Made by a program: the position numbers and the translations under genes
Part shown: piece by piece, positions 29,871 to 39,610 of the stretch
Numbering within the stretch: position 1 is the stretch's first letter
Layout: the number at the start of each line of letters is the position of its first letter
Assembly: GCA_051874735.1 (NCBI GenBank)
Contig: JBJEGD010000039.1
Span: 23,838-75,906 of the forward strand
DNA: 52,069 bases
Source: Candidatus Bruticola sp.
GTDB lineage: Bacteria > Vulcanimicrobiota > Xenobia > Xenobiales > Xenobiaceae
Direction of reading: 5' to 3'
The notes under the pieces: model-generated
Told to the model about the DNA's origin: nothing
The model's database searches: none
What the model saw: only the letters and a program-made list of their open reading frames with translations

Positions 29871-31373
29871 ATGAAAAGCAGCATCTTGTACTTGACTTTG
29901 TGTTCTACAGTTCTCGGATTCAGCCTGATAAGCTCAGGATGTTCCGACAGCGAGAGTGAAGGAAATCTTAGTTTTAAAATTACTAACTCAGGCTCCCCAT
30001 CTGAACCGCAAATATTTATTCCTGAAGCCACTAAAAATATCAAACTCGAAGTCTTTCAGGAGCCCTCCTTCACAGGGCGAGCTGTCTCATTTTCTTCCAA
30101 AATTAGTCCTGTCAACGCTCTCTCGAAAAATAACGATTTGGTGAGTGCCCCCCATGCAGTACAGCCGCTTTACGCTTTAGGAACTTCCAGCGAGGATAAA
30201 AACAAAAATAGCGGCAAAACTTACTACACAGTCTCGGCCGCTTACGAAGGCGGTGAACCAGAACTAAACATAGATGGCATTTCCGATGGAGAATGGATAA
30301 TTAGAGTTTCTGCCTTAGACAGCAACAACAATGTTTTGGCTTACTATCAAGATGGGTTGACTATGAACGGCAGCAATCGCTCTGTCAAAGGCTGGCTCCA
30401 ATCTGGAGCAGCCCCTTCGGGCTACCTTTATGCTACCCATACTTCTAACGGCACCATAACTAGAGTTAGTCTTTACAGCAATTTAATCGACACTATTAAA
30501 TTAAGCTCTGGAAACCCAGCTTATCTTTTTGCCAAGCGCACCGAGACGCCATCATTTAGTGACCTTTTTTACGCTACTACGGGTGGACCAAAAATTTTGC
30601 AGCTTACCCCTGCTTTCATCGACAAAAGAATCGATGTTGAAGACTTATCCTTCCCTACTAACGGCACGTTCGTGCGCAGCAGCCTAAACAGCGATACAGC
30701 AGCCGTATCTTTCTTTAAGGAAGGCATGGTGCGCTTTTTCAATTTTGAGCAGGATGTCAACTACGATTATATCTACACTGGAAACGGAGCAGGATACATC
30801 AGCCATCTTACATCTAACAACCAATTTTGGGTATGCAATGAAACAGATAAAAATTTAAGCTTGGTAGATATGAATAGCCGCAGTTTAGCCTATGACGACA
30901 ATCTGCGCTTAGGTAACGATACGCCCAGAGCAGCTGAGCCTAACAGCGACAACTCAAAAATCTGGGTTATCGGTACCCGCTCCTCAGGTGGATTCATTCG
31001 AGCTGTAGATTTCAGCCATCAAGATATGGGCGGACATAACTGGGGCGAATTTACTACCAATATCATTAATCCTGGAGCTATTTGCTTAGTTTCAGAATCT
31101 TTAGGTTGCGTAACTGATAATACACGCGGCGAACTTATCTTCTTCGACGCCGAAAATCTTGATGAAGAAGGCAATATTAAAGAAATATTTGGCAAAAGTG
31201 GAGCGCGCCTGCGCTTGACAGGCGGAGGTGATCAGATTATATCGGACGGCACACGTATTTATATACTGCAAATGGAACAAGGAAAGATTAGTACTATCGA
31301 TCTGGCAACTAAAACGGAAGTTTCGTCTTACAATTTAGGCTCAAGCGCTCGCAGTTTAATGCAAGTAAAATAA
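29871..31373 (+). CDS. Lipoprotein with YncE/YVTN-like beta-propeller
   Basis: Lipobox SSGC; repeats LYATHTSNGTITRV, FWVCNETDKNLSLVD and IYILQMEQGKISTID. Confidence 0.7.
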   Translation: MKSSILYLTLCSTVLGFSLISSGCSDSESEGNLSFKITNSGSPSEPQIFIPEATKNIKLEVFQEPSFTGRAVSFSSKISPVNALSKNNDLVSAPHAVQPLYALGTSSEDKNKNSGKTYYTVSAAYEGGEPELNIDGISDGEWIIRVSALDSNNNVLAYYQDGLTMNGSNRSVKGWLQSGAAPSGYLYATHTSNGTITRVSLYSNLIDTIKLSSGNPAYLFAKRTETPSFSDLFYATTGGPKILQLTPAFIDKRIDVEDLSFPTNGTFVRSSLNSDTAAVSFFKEGMVRFFNFEQDVNYDYIYTGNGAGYISHLTSNNQFWVCNETDKNLSLVDMNSRSLAYDDNLRLGNDTPRAAEPNSDNSKIWVIGTRSSGGFIRAVDFSHQDMGGHNWGEFTTNIINPGAICLVSESLGCVTDNTRGELIFFDAENLDEEGNIKEIFGKSGARLRLTGGGDQIISDGTRIYILQMEQGKISTIDLATKTEVSSYNLGSSARSLMQVK

Positions 31374-31380
31374 TTAAGTT

Positions 31381-31803
31381 ATGATTGCCGATAACCTACT
31401 CTATATAGCTTTCAGCAGTATACTTGTACTAGTCTGGTTAAGCTTAATAATTCGACTAAATTCTAGCCGAAGCAGCCGCAAATTTAATGATTGTAGCAAC
31501 CATTCCGTTCATAACAGTTACGATAACGGCGATCTATCTTCGAAATCGTTTATAGATATAAACGTGCCTACTCTATTACATACTTCTTTTGTTATGATCA
31601 TGCTACCCTTGCTGATGTTTATAGCTTCATTGCTGAGACCAGCTATTAAACTAGGATACATTACCAATTTTTTAGTTTTACTGACAGTTATAGCTGTCAG
31701 CACAGCGGTTGTTATCTGGGCAGCTATCTCTCAAAATATGCTTAAAAGCATTTTTTATAATGTTGCAAATGATCATAATAAACAGGACATAAAACACGGC
31801 TGA
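31381..31803 (+). CDS. Highly diverged NuoA/ND3-like membrane protein
   Basis: 3 TM with a long TM1-TM2 loop containing SYDNG (cf. PYECG); the FDVE motif is absent. Confidence 0.5.
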   Translation: MIADNLLYIAFSSILVLVWLSLIIRLNSSRSSRKFNDCSNHSVHNSYDNGDLSSKSFIDINVPTLLHTSFVMIMLPLLMFIASLLRPAIKLGYITNFLVLLTVIAVSTAVVIWAAISQNMLKSIFYNVANDHNKQDIKHG

Positions 31804-31835
31804 ATCACTGCCTAAGCAGCCGACACTTTATCTAT

Positions 31836-32927
31836 ATGCGTATTTTTATAGACAATTTTTTTCAGAATTGCTGCGGTTTTGATCTCAGCCAAACTAGCAC
31901 TTGGTTGATTAGTGCCTTTATAAGTGTGGCTATCATTGTATTTTTAACCGTCTGCCAGATGCTTTCGCGACAAGCTGGGCAAAGAATTAGTTTACTGTGG
32001 ACTCATATACAGAAAGGCTTCGGTCTGCACAATTGGATACCTAAAGCAATAAGCTGTCTGCCCCAGCGTCTGTCCAGTCCTAAAAATTTAAGATTCTGGT
32101 CCCAAGAAGGCCCTAGCTTCTATTTATCAGTTTTAATTTTATGTCTATCCTTTACATCGTGCCTGCTGCTGCCCTGGTCAGCTTCACACTGCAATCTTCC
32201 TTCTAAAGTAACTCTGTGCGGATTTGAAAACTCTTTTAGCTTTATTTTGTTTTTCGGCTTACTGCTCGCCTCCAATAGTCTAACAGTTATAAGTAAACTA
32301 CTTTATGCTCATAACTCTGAATTTGCCAACCAGTTCATTAAACGGTCAGCCTGGATGTCCGCCTTTATGATTGCCTGCTTAGGTCCGGTCATCTTAACAG
32401 GTCAGCTCTCTATAAGCGCTATAGCGGAAAAGCAAGAAGAAGGTTTATTCGGACTACCGTGGTTGGGAATTTACGCTTTTCCTGGTTTTCTAGGTTTAAC
32501 TGCCGCCTTAGTTTGTCTATGCCGCTGGGAAGACGCCATCACTCCAACTTGTAACTTACAGAGCAAATATAAAAATAATAGTTTTAGCCAATTTATAGAC
32601 TCTGTAACTGAGCGCTTCAATTTTCTAGCTCTGAGCAGCCTAATTATTATATTATTTGGCGGCAGCTGGAATCTGCCTATGCTAACTTATCCAGCTTATC
32701 TAAATTTAGGATTTTTAATAGCCCCCTATACTGACCTTATCTGTGGTTTAGGTGTATTTATTCTAAAGCTCTGCTTTTTTTCAATTGTTTGGCCATCCTT
32801 ATCTGCTTACATAAAATGGCAAAGAAAAATTAGACCTTCCGTTACTTTGTGTATACTGCTCATTTCGCTAAATTCAGCAATTTGCGCTATTTTAGCCGGG
32901 ATGTATCAACTATATCTGGGAGGCTAA
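31836..32927 (+). CDS. Highly diverged NuoH/ND1-like membrane protein
   Basis: 363 aa; LLPW, VILTGQLSISAIAEKQ (cf. GSLxLxxIVxxQ), TERFNF...SSLIIILFGGSW (cf. AEYxN...SxLxxxLFLGGW), FILK...W. Confidence 0.7.
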   Translation: MRIFIDNFFQNCCGFDLSQTSTWLISAFISVAIIVFLTVCQMLSRQAGQRISLLWTHIQKGFGLHNWIPKAISCLPQRLSSPKNLRFWSQEGPSFYLSVLILCLSFTSCLLLPWSASHCNLPSKVTLCGFENSFSFILFFGLLLASNSLTVISKLLYAHNSEFANQFIKRSAWMSAFMIACLGPVILTGQLSISAIAEKQEEGLFGLPWLGIYAFPGFLGLTAALVCLCRWEDAITPTCNLQSKYKNNSFSQFIDSVTERFNFLALSSLIIILFGGSWNLPMLTYPAYLNLGFLIAPYTDLICGLGVFILKLCFFSIVWPSLSAYIKWQRKIRPSVTLCILLISLNSAICAILAGMYQLYLGG

Positions 32928-32935
32928 AAAGAATT

Positions 32936-33562
32936 ATGATCTTGGGCACTTACATATTTCCTGTCGGGTTAAGTACTTGGCTATCCTACAGTTTACTCAC
33001 TATGCTCTGTCTGTTTTTAGCTTTCAAAGCGGTTCTGAGCCGCAACAGTCTTTTAGCCTGCACTTATACGGGAGCCTTTATGCTGTCTCTAGGCCTAATT
33101 TACTTCTGTTTAGATTTGCCTTATGCAGCTGGGTTACAAATTTTTCTTAGCGCCGGTCCCACTAGTATGCTTTTGCTATTTGCAGCTCTCCGCCATTCTT
33201 CAGCAAATTCAACCGCATTGTCAGTCAATCCCGACGATGCCAAACGCCCCAAAAGGTGGGCCACAGCCGCTGCTTTATCGTTCTTTGCCTCCGCTTGTAC
33301 GGCAGTTTGGCTTAGCACACCATTTTTAAACAGCTCCCTGCCCATTCCGGCTTCTACTGAAATCTTTCCCCATACAGACTATACCTTTTTTCTGGAAGAC
33401 TACGCTTCAATAGATAGTTGGACAATAATTATTCTGAGTATCTGCAGCCGCTATCCTCATATAGCGGCCTTACTATCTGTAGTAGTCAGTGCTTTACTTA
33501 TGATTTCCTGTAAAACAACTCGCCCTTTATTAGCCTCTTTAATTGACAAGAAAGGCAATTGA
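32936..33562 (+). CDS. Diverged NuoJ/ND6-like membrane protein
   Basis: AVLSRNSL...IYFCLDLPYAAGLQIFLSAGPTSMLLLF (cf. NPV...YxxLxAxFxAxxQIxVYAGAIxVLFLF). ATG at 32936 follows GGAGG. Confidence 0.75.
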   Translation: MILGTYIFPVGLSTWLSYSLLTMLCLFLAFKAVLSRNSLLACTYTGAFMLSLGLIYFCLDLPYAAGLQIFLSAGPTSMLLLFAALRHSSANSTALSVNPDDAKRPKRWATAAALSFFASACTAVWLSTPFLNSSLPIPASTEIFPHTDYTFFLEDYASIDSWTIIILSICSRYPHIAALLSVVVSALLMISCKTTRPLLASLIDKKGN

Positions 33563-33566
33563 CTTT

Positions 33567-33851
33567 ATGGTTCCTCTTCAATTCTTTTTAGTATTTGCAG
33601 CTGCTATATTCAGTCTAGGCCTGTACAGCCTGATAGCCAACTCTTCCAAAATAGCTTGCTTAATAGGCGGCCAGTTATGCTTAGGTGGAGCATGCCTAAC
33701 TTTAGCGGCAGCGGCCAGATATATGCCCAATCAGGAAGCCTTAATCTTTAATTTAGTTATAAGTCTGTATGGTGCAGGGCAAATGGCTGCAGCTGTCTTC
33801 TTGCTAAGTGGCCTTGCCGAAACTACAGAAAGTAAAAACTCTGATCACTAA
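33567..33851 (+). CDS. Diverged NuoK/ND4L-like membrane protein
   Basis: MVPLQFFLVFAAAIFSLGLY...LIGGQLCL...GAGQMAAAV (cf. MxPLxxYLxLxAxLFxIGL...LMSxELML...AAAEAAVGL); 94 aa. Confidence 0.75.
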   Translation: MVPLQFFLVFAAAIFSLGLYSLIANSSKIACLIGGQLCLGGACLTLAAAARYMPNQEALIFNLVISLYGAGQMAAAVFLLSGLAETTESKNSDH

Positions 33852-33965
33852 ATAAGAGGATTATTTTACCAGACCATAAAGAGGCCAAAGGCACAAGTTG
33901 TCGGCAGCTTTTTATATGTTTCAAAGTACTATATAAAGAGAAAATTTTTACGTTGAGGTGTACTT

Positions 33966-34757
33966 TTGCTAGACAAAACAGCTGCCTTTTATGTAGCGAT
34001 ACTTCCTCTGACAATAATTTTAAGCACCGTAGCAGCCATCTGCTTAACCGCTCTTCCTGCCGCCAGAAGTGAAAGATCTGGTTTCTGCTTGGCTGTTTCC
34101 GGCTTGCTCTCTAGTGCCGCTGCCGCTTTAGTTCTATTAGTTAAGCTACCTTCTTGGACACCTCTCAGCTATGGAAATGGAGCTTTCACTTTTAATGTAA
34201 GCACAGCTGCCTTCATAGTATGTTTAAATATACTCGGTCTAGCAGAACTTTATTCGCTTTATAAAAGATCCGAAACCAAACGAACTGTATATATAAACAT
34301 TCTGTTAAGCGTTAGCGGTTTAATTGTGTGTACCAGCTGCCATGAATTAATTTGTCTATCTTTAGGCATGGCTCTGGCTTTTTGGCCTATGATCAACACT
34401 GTATACAGACAAATCGACTCCCATCATTCGCCAATGCTGCAAAAAGCCGATCATTTAATCAACATGCAAATTGGAGCTTCAGCTTGCCTTTTTTATTCAA
34501 CGCCTCTATTTCTCCTCATCAATCGTACAACAATTATAAATCAGTTAACTTTATCAACTGAAGCTATCTCCTTATTAGCTTTAATTATGTTGCTAATGGG
34601 ACTAGTAGCAGAGTTAGTTGCAGCCTGCCTATTCGCTGATATCATGCGTAGATTACACAACACTCTATGGTCCCGTTTTATCTTTTTAAATGTCGCTCTG
34701 GCCTTAGTTCCACTTTTTACTGTCGGGCACTCTGTATATCATTTTTTATTTACATAA
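33966..34757 (+). CDS. Diverged, C-terminally shortened NuoN/ND2-like membrane protein
   Basis: ILLSVSGLIVCTSCHELICLSLGMAL (cf. LLxSxxGMxxxxSAxDLxxxFxGLE), IGASACLFYS. TTG start after GAGGTG; 263 aa, roughly half the usual length. Confidence 0.6.
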   Translation: MLDKTAAFYVAILPLTIILSTVAAICLTALPAARSERSGFCLAVSGLLSSAAAALVLLVKLPSWTPLSYGNGAFTFNVSTAAFIVCLNILGLAELYSLYKRSETKRTVYINILLSVSGLIVCTSCHELICLSLGMALAFWPMINTVYRQIDSHHSPMLQKADHLINMQIGASACLFYSTPLFLLINRTTIINQLTLSTEAISLLALIMLLMGLVAELVAACLFADIMRRLHNTLWSRFIFLNVALALVPLFTVGHSVYHFLFT

Positions 34758-34820
34758 CTCAATGTATTAATATAGTATCTGATACCTTTTGTTTTTAATA
34801 AATAAAATAGGACGGGGTAT

Positions 34821-36275
34821 ATGGACAATCAATCTGAATCAATTTTGAGCAAACTACTAGTTCTCAAAGGGGCTATACGAGAGCTATGGAACATGTTTGC
34901 TTGTAAAATTCTCCATATAGTTGCCTATGGACTATGCAACGGTACAATTATACTCTGGCTTTCCAAAGATCTAGGAATGTCCGATATGAATGCCGGCTTG
35001 ATGGTAGCAGGATGGTCAACTCTCCTTACTTTAATCACAGTAATGGTGGGTTCCTTAGTAGACGCCATAGGCATAAAAAAAGCTCTTCTTATAGGCTTTG
35101 TTATATGCATAATTTCACGCTTTATTATGGCCATTACTACTATAAAGGCCATAGTGCTGCCTTTAGGATTTATGCCATTGGCTGTGGGTGAAGCTTTAAT
35201 GGTGCCAGTCATGGTGGCAGCTATAAAAATGTACACAACGGCTGCCCAACGTTCTATGGCTTTCTCTATATTCTATGCAGTAATGAATGTCGGTTTTGCC
35301 ATTGCGGGTTTCTTGTTTGACCAAATTAGAAGAAACATGGGAGAAACAGGTTCTATCTCACTGGCAGGCTTGAACTTATCGACATATCAAACTCTTATTT
35401 TTATAAGTTTCATAGTTACTATACCGAGCTTGCTGATTGTTATATTCGGTATACGAGAAAATGCTTCTGTAGATGAAAACGGCTGCTATAAAGAAGTAGA
35501 ACATCAAAGCGCACCAGCTTCCTCAGCTCTGCATGCATGTATCAATGCTCTGGTAGAATGGAAACGAATTTTTTGCAGCCTCTGGCATCAGACAGCTTTT
35601 TATAAATTCTTAGCGTTCTTGACTATTGTTGTATTTGTACGCTTAATTTTTTATCATTTTCACTATACGTTCCCCAAATACGGTATCCGTGAGTTAGGCG
35701 AGGGGGCTCCAATAGGTCAGCTCTGGGGGGTTCTTAATCCTATACTTATTATTGTGCTCGTTCCCTTAGTTGGAGCGCTAACTCAAAAACTTAGTGCCTA
35801 TAAAACGGTTGTCATTGGAAGCGCTATTGCAGCTTTAGGACCTCTTTTTATGGCTGTTCCTCCGCACTATTTCAAAACTTTAGCAGACGGCCCTATGGGC
35901 AATTTTATAGCTCACACTTGGTTGAATGTTGCAGACCCTAACGTTAACCCTTTATATGTGAGCATATTTTTAGCTACTATATTTATTTCCGTAGGTGAAG
36001 CTTTTTACTCGCCTAGGCTTTATGAATACCCAGCCGCTATTGCTCCTAAAGGTCAAGAAGGCTCTTATATGTCTCTATCCATGCTGCCTTACTTTATTGC
36101 CAAGTTCTTCGTCGGCATCCTCTCTGGATGGCTGCTGCAGACTTTCTGTCCAGAAACGGGTCCGCGCAGTTCTCACTATATTTGGCTGATTGTCGGTTTG
36201 ATGGCGCTGGCTACTCCCATTTGCTTAGTTATTTTCAAAAAGTTCATCCAAGTGCATGAGGATGGACGCGAGTAA
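34821..36275 (+). CDS. MFS transporter (POT/peptide transporter-like)
   Basis: Motif A GSLVDAIGIKK, AFSIFYAVMNVG, LNPILII, GEAFYSP, APKGQEGSYM. Confidence 0.85.
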   Translation: MDNQSESILSKLLVLKGAIRELWNMFACKILHIVAYGLCNGTIILWLSKDLGMSDMNAGLMVAGWSTLLTLITVMVGSLVDAIGIKKALLIGFVICIISRFIMAITTIKAIVLPLGFMPLAVGEALMVPVMVAAIKMYTTAAQRSMAFSIFYAVMNVGFAIAGFLFDQIRRNMGETGSISLAGLNLSTYQTLIFISFIVTIPSLLIVIFGIRENASVDENGCYKEVEHQSAPASSALHACINALVEWKRIFCSLWHQTAFYKFLAFLTIVVFVRLIFYHFHYTFPKYGIRELGEGAPIGQLWGVLNPILIIVLVPLVGALTQKLSAYKTVVIGSAIAALGPLFMAVPPHYFKTLADGPMGNFIAHTWLNVADPNVNPLYVSIFLATIFISVGEAFYSPRLYEYPAAIAPKGQEGSYMSLSMLPYFIAKFFVGILSGWLLQTFCPETGPRSSHYIWLIVGLMALATPICLVIFKKFIQVHEDGRE

Positions 36276-36302
36276 CACAACCGCCTAAAGTTAATAAAAA
36301 AG

Positions 36303-36341
36303 TTTGGAGCCGCTATGCTCTATTAGCATAGCGGCTCCAAA
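36303..36341. terminator. Hairpin between convergent genes
   Basis: TTTGGAGCCGCTATGCT-ctatt-AGCATAGCGGCTCCAAA. Confidence 0.8.
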
Positions 36342-36364
36342 TTATGTAGGACCCCAAAATATAA

Positions 36365-36745
36365 TTAAAGTTTTCTTAATTCAAGGTAATATTCCCGATG
36401 CAACTGGTTATCTAAGAAAATTTGCACTTTATAGTGTCCGGCTACAGGAAACACAATATTGTCTAAGCGGAATAAGGTAAGAAAGGGAGTGTACTGATTA
36501 TCTAAACTGAAATCCTTCTCGAAGGTTGAACCTTTAAGAGTTTCCCCATTAGGATCGAGAATGCGCATCTTCACATTGAAGCGCCCCTGCCCCATGCTCC
36601 AACCATTAGCAATAAAAAATTTATCGAAAGCGGGCGTAGGGAATTCAGAACTAGGCAGATCGAAGAAGACTCTGTTGAAAGACAGATTATTGCCCTCCAT
36701 AACGGCATCGAGACATGGCACAGAGAACTGCAAAGAAGGTTTCAT
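36365..36745 (-). CDS. Hypothetical beta-sandwich protein (DUF6941-like)
   Basis: C.D...GNNLSFNRVFF...FP...RILDPNG...FPVAGHYKVQIFLD. ATG at 36745 follows AAAGGA. Confidence 0.6.
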   Translation of the reverse strand: MKPSLQFSVPCLDAVMEGNNLSFNRVFFDLPSSEFPTPAFDKFFIANGWSMGQGRFNVKMRILDPNGETLKGSTFEKDFSLDNQYTPFLTLFRLDNIVFPVAGHYKVQIFLDNQLHREYYLELRKL

Positions 36746-36864
36746 GCTAATTCCTTTCAAGTTCAACAAGCAAAACTTTAGGCTCCTAAGTTTCGCAAAA
36801 CTAAAGGCAATACCTGCTCCAGGGAAGAGTTGGACTCACAGATAAATAATGGCCTTATCGGCAG

Positions 36865-37176
36865 CTATGACAAGAAACTCTGCAAAAGTTCATGAGCACG
36901 GCTGACCGAAACACCCTCTAAAAGAATTAACTTATGCCGAGACTTCTCCCCTAACTTAATATGTATCTGACGGCGGCGCAATTTAAAACATTTAGCCAAA
37001 AAATCTAGCAAAGCGCTATTAGCTTTTCCATCTACAGCTGGAGCGGTCAAACGAACTTGCCAAGCTCCATCAGATCCCTCCTTGGGAGCACACAAAGCAT
37101 TGCTTCCAGCCCTCGGCACCACTTTTATCGTTAAAATACATCCTTCAGCCGACTCACTTACACCCGACAAGCCCAA
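36865..37176 (-). CDS. DUF167 / YggU family protein
   Basis: IKVVPRA, VRLTAPAVDGKANSALL, GEKSRHK. Confidence 0.9.
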   Translation of the reverse strand: MGLSGVSESAEGCILTIKVVPRAGSNALCAPKEGSDGAWQVRLTAPAVDGKANSALLDFLAKCFKLRRRQIHIKLGEKSRHKLILLEGVSVSRAHELLQSFLS

Positions 37177-37187
37177 CTTTTACCACC

Positions 37188-37946
37188 TTAAAGCATAGGA
37201 TCATCTAATACAATCAAAGGCCTAATTTCTAAATCGAAACCTATCTGCAAACGAAGTAAACACAGAGCCTGCTCAGCAGCGATCTGACCAGCATTCTGTT
37301 TAGTATGACCTTCACCGCTACCTAAAACTTCCCCAGCCAAAGAAACCTCTATCTGAAAAAAGCGATCGTGAGCCGGGCCTTCTTCTTTAACAACTTTGTA
37401 AACAGGCAAGATGTGGAAACTCTTTTGAGAGAACTCCTGCAGTAGACTTTTATAATCACGCTGGGAACCTTCCATATTATCCATGGCCGTTTTAAGCATA
37501 CTCAGAACAAAACGCTGAGCAGGCTCAAAACCACCATCTAGATATATAGCCCCAATTAAAGCTTCCATAGCATCAGCTAAAACATTAGACTTACTGTAAC
37601 CTTTAGAAAGGAGCTCACCTCGGCCCATTTTCAGGAATTCGCCTAGTTTCATAACTCTAGCCTTATCGGCCAGGTAAGCAGTACTGGCAATAAGTCCTTT
37701 CACTTGAGCCATGCGCCCTTCATTAACTTTAGGATGACGTTTATACAAATAAAGACAAATAATCATCCCTAAAACGGAATCGCCCAAAAATTCCAAGCGC
37801 TCATTACTGCCACACTCGAAATTATGCTCATTAGAATAAGATTCATGAGTTAGAGCTAACTCTAAAAGAGAAAGATCACGAAAGTAATAGTCTATCTTCT
37901 GCTGAAAAGCTCCTAGATCGGAACTCGGCAGCACAGCCGATTTCAT
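37188..37946 (-). CDS. rnc: Ribonuclease III
   Basis: ALTHES, NERLEFLGDSVL, ADAMEALIGAIYLD, dsRBD DYKSLLQE...GPAHDRFF. Start placed at ATG 37946 after GAGG. Confidence 0.96.
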   Translation of the reverse strand: MKSAVLPSSDLGAFQQKIDYYFRDLSLLELALTHESYSNEHNFECGSNERLEFLGDSVLGMIICLYLYKRHPKVNEGRMAQVKGLIASTAYLADKARVMKLGEFLKMGRGELLSKGYSKSNVLADAMEALIGAIYLDGGFEPAQRFVLSMLKTAMDNMEGSQRDYKSLLQEFSQKSFHILPVYKVVKEEGPAHDRFFQIEVSLAGEVLGSGEGHTKQNAGQIAAEQALCLLRLQIGFDLEIRPLIVLDDPML

Positions 37947-38049
37947 AATAGTAAAGCAACCTCTCACCGCCGAAGGCCTCAAACAAATATATATTGAGCC
38001 TTCGGCGGATATAATAGAAGAAAAAAATGATTGCTAGTATTAACTAAAC

Positions 38050-39300
38050 CTAGTTCTCATACCTGCGCAAAACTACGACAGCATTTTGTCCACCAAAACC
38101 GAAGGAATTATTAAGTACAGCCTTTATCTCCGCTTTGCGAGCTACGTTAGGCACAACGTCTAAATCACATTCTGGATCGGGATACTCATAGTTAATAGTA
38201 GGAGTAATAATACCGTGCTTTATCGTTAAAGCGCAAACCGCTGTCTCCAAAGCACCTGCGGCTCCCAAAGCATGTCCAAACATAGATTTCGAAGAAGAAA
38301 CGGCCAGCTTGTAAGCGTGTTCCCCAAAAACTCCTTTTATAGCTTTTATTTCAGCCGGATCACCTAACGGAGTAGAAGTACCGTGAGCGTTAATATAATC
38401 TATTTCTTCAGGCTGCATGCCGGCATCGGCTAAAGCTGCTTTCATAGCTTCTTTCGCTCCATTGCCTTCGGGATCGGGAGCGGTAATATGATGAGCATCA
38501 GAGGTAGCGGCACTGCCAGCTAAAACGGCATAAATCTCAGCCCCTCTATCTTTAGCATGAGCATATGATTCCAAAACCACGGTGGCAGCGCCTTCAGCCA
38601 TAACAAAACCGTCGCGTTCTTTATCGAAAGGACGTGAAGCTTTGGTAGGATCGTCGTTGCGGGTAGACAGGGCGTGAAGCGAGCAGAAACCTCCGACAGC
38701 CATAGGGGTCATAGCAGCCTCAGCCCCTCCAGCCAAGACAATATCAGCGCGGCCCGCTCTTATAGCATCGGCAGCAATACCTAAAGCATGAGTACTAGAA
38801 GCGCAGGCTGACACTACGCAGAAACTCATACCTTTAAGACCCAACTCAATAGATACAACACCTGAAGCCATATTAGAAATCATCATGGGAATAAAGAAAG
38901 GACTAATTCTGCTCGGTCCCTTCTCCATATAGATCTTCATGTTGTTTTCAAAAGTTGATATACCGCCAATGCCTGAACTGATAATAACGCCAGCACGCAG
39001 ACGATCTATCTGAGCATTTTCCAAGCCGGCATCTTGCCAAGCTAATCTAGAAGCCGCTGAAGCCATCTGAATGTACCTATCACGGCGGCGAGCTTCCTTA
39101 CGATCCATATAATCTTCAGGCTTAAAATCTTTTACTTCAGCAGCAATTTTTGTAGTAAAGTTAGTGGCATCGAATTGAGTTATGGGACCTATTCCGCACT
39201 GACCGGCAACTAAATTGTTCCAAAAATCTTTTACACCACATCCCAAAGCGGAAATTACCCCTAAGCCGGTAATGACTACGGTGTTATCTGATAATGACAT
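38050..39300 (-). CDS. fabF: 3-oxoacyl-ACP synthase II
   Basis: VVITGLG, SACAS, YINAHGTST, SKSMFGHALGAAG, NSFGFGGQN. Confidence 0.96.
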   Translation of the reverse strand: MSLSDNTVVITGLGVISALGCGVKDFWNNLVAGQCGIGPITQFDATNFTTKIAAEVKDFKPEDYMDRKEARRRDRYIQMASAASRLAWQDAGLENAQIDRLRAGVIISSGIGGISTFENNMKIYMEKGPSRISPFFIPMMISNMASGVVSIELGLKGMSFCVVSACASSTHALGIAADAIRAGRADIVLAGGAEAAMTPMAVGGFCSLHALSTRNDDPTKASRPFDKERDGFVMAEGAATVVLESYAHAKDRGAEIYAVLAGSAATSDAHHITAPDPEGNGAKEAMKAALADAGMQPEEIDYINAHGTSTPLGDPAEIKAIKGVFGEHAYKLAVSSSKSMFGHALGAAGALETAVCALTIKHGIITPTINYEYPDPECDLDVVPNVARKAEIKAVLNNSFGFGGQNAVVVLRRYEN

Positions 39301-39610
39301 GTATTAGTACCTCAACATTAGCAGCCGCCTGCGGAGGCTGAAACTTACAATCAAATCCAGGGGGCAGCCTCTTAACAAACGCCATGGCAACAGGCATTTA
39401 CGCTATCGAGCGTCTCAGCGGAGCCATTATATTTTTAATTTAGCGGAAATTGCCTTCCACGCCTGAAAACGGCTTCCTTCTTGAGCTTAATTTCTAACTT
39501 TCAGCTATAGTAACTTTTCTTCATTTTGCTTTATTTATATTATCGCCAGGCAATGTCAGTTAAAGTTAAACTGGCAGGAGCTCAAAGACTCATGAAATAA
39601 AAAAAAAGCC

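Noticed and set aside
31381-34757. Functional canonical nuo or mrp operon
   Set aside because: The peripheral subunits and NuoL/M are absent and key charged residues are replaced, so gene symbols were withheld.
39301-39610. Expected acpP upstream of fabF
   Set aside because: No ACP-like ORF (DSL motif) is visible; the region looks like a divergent promoter.
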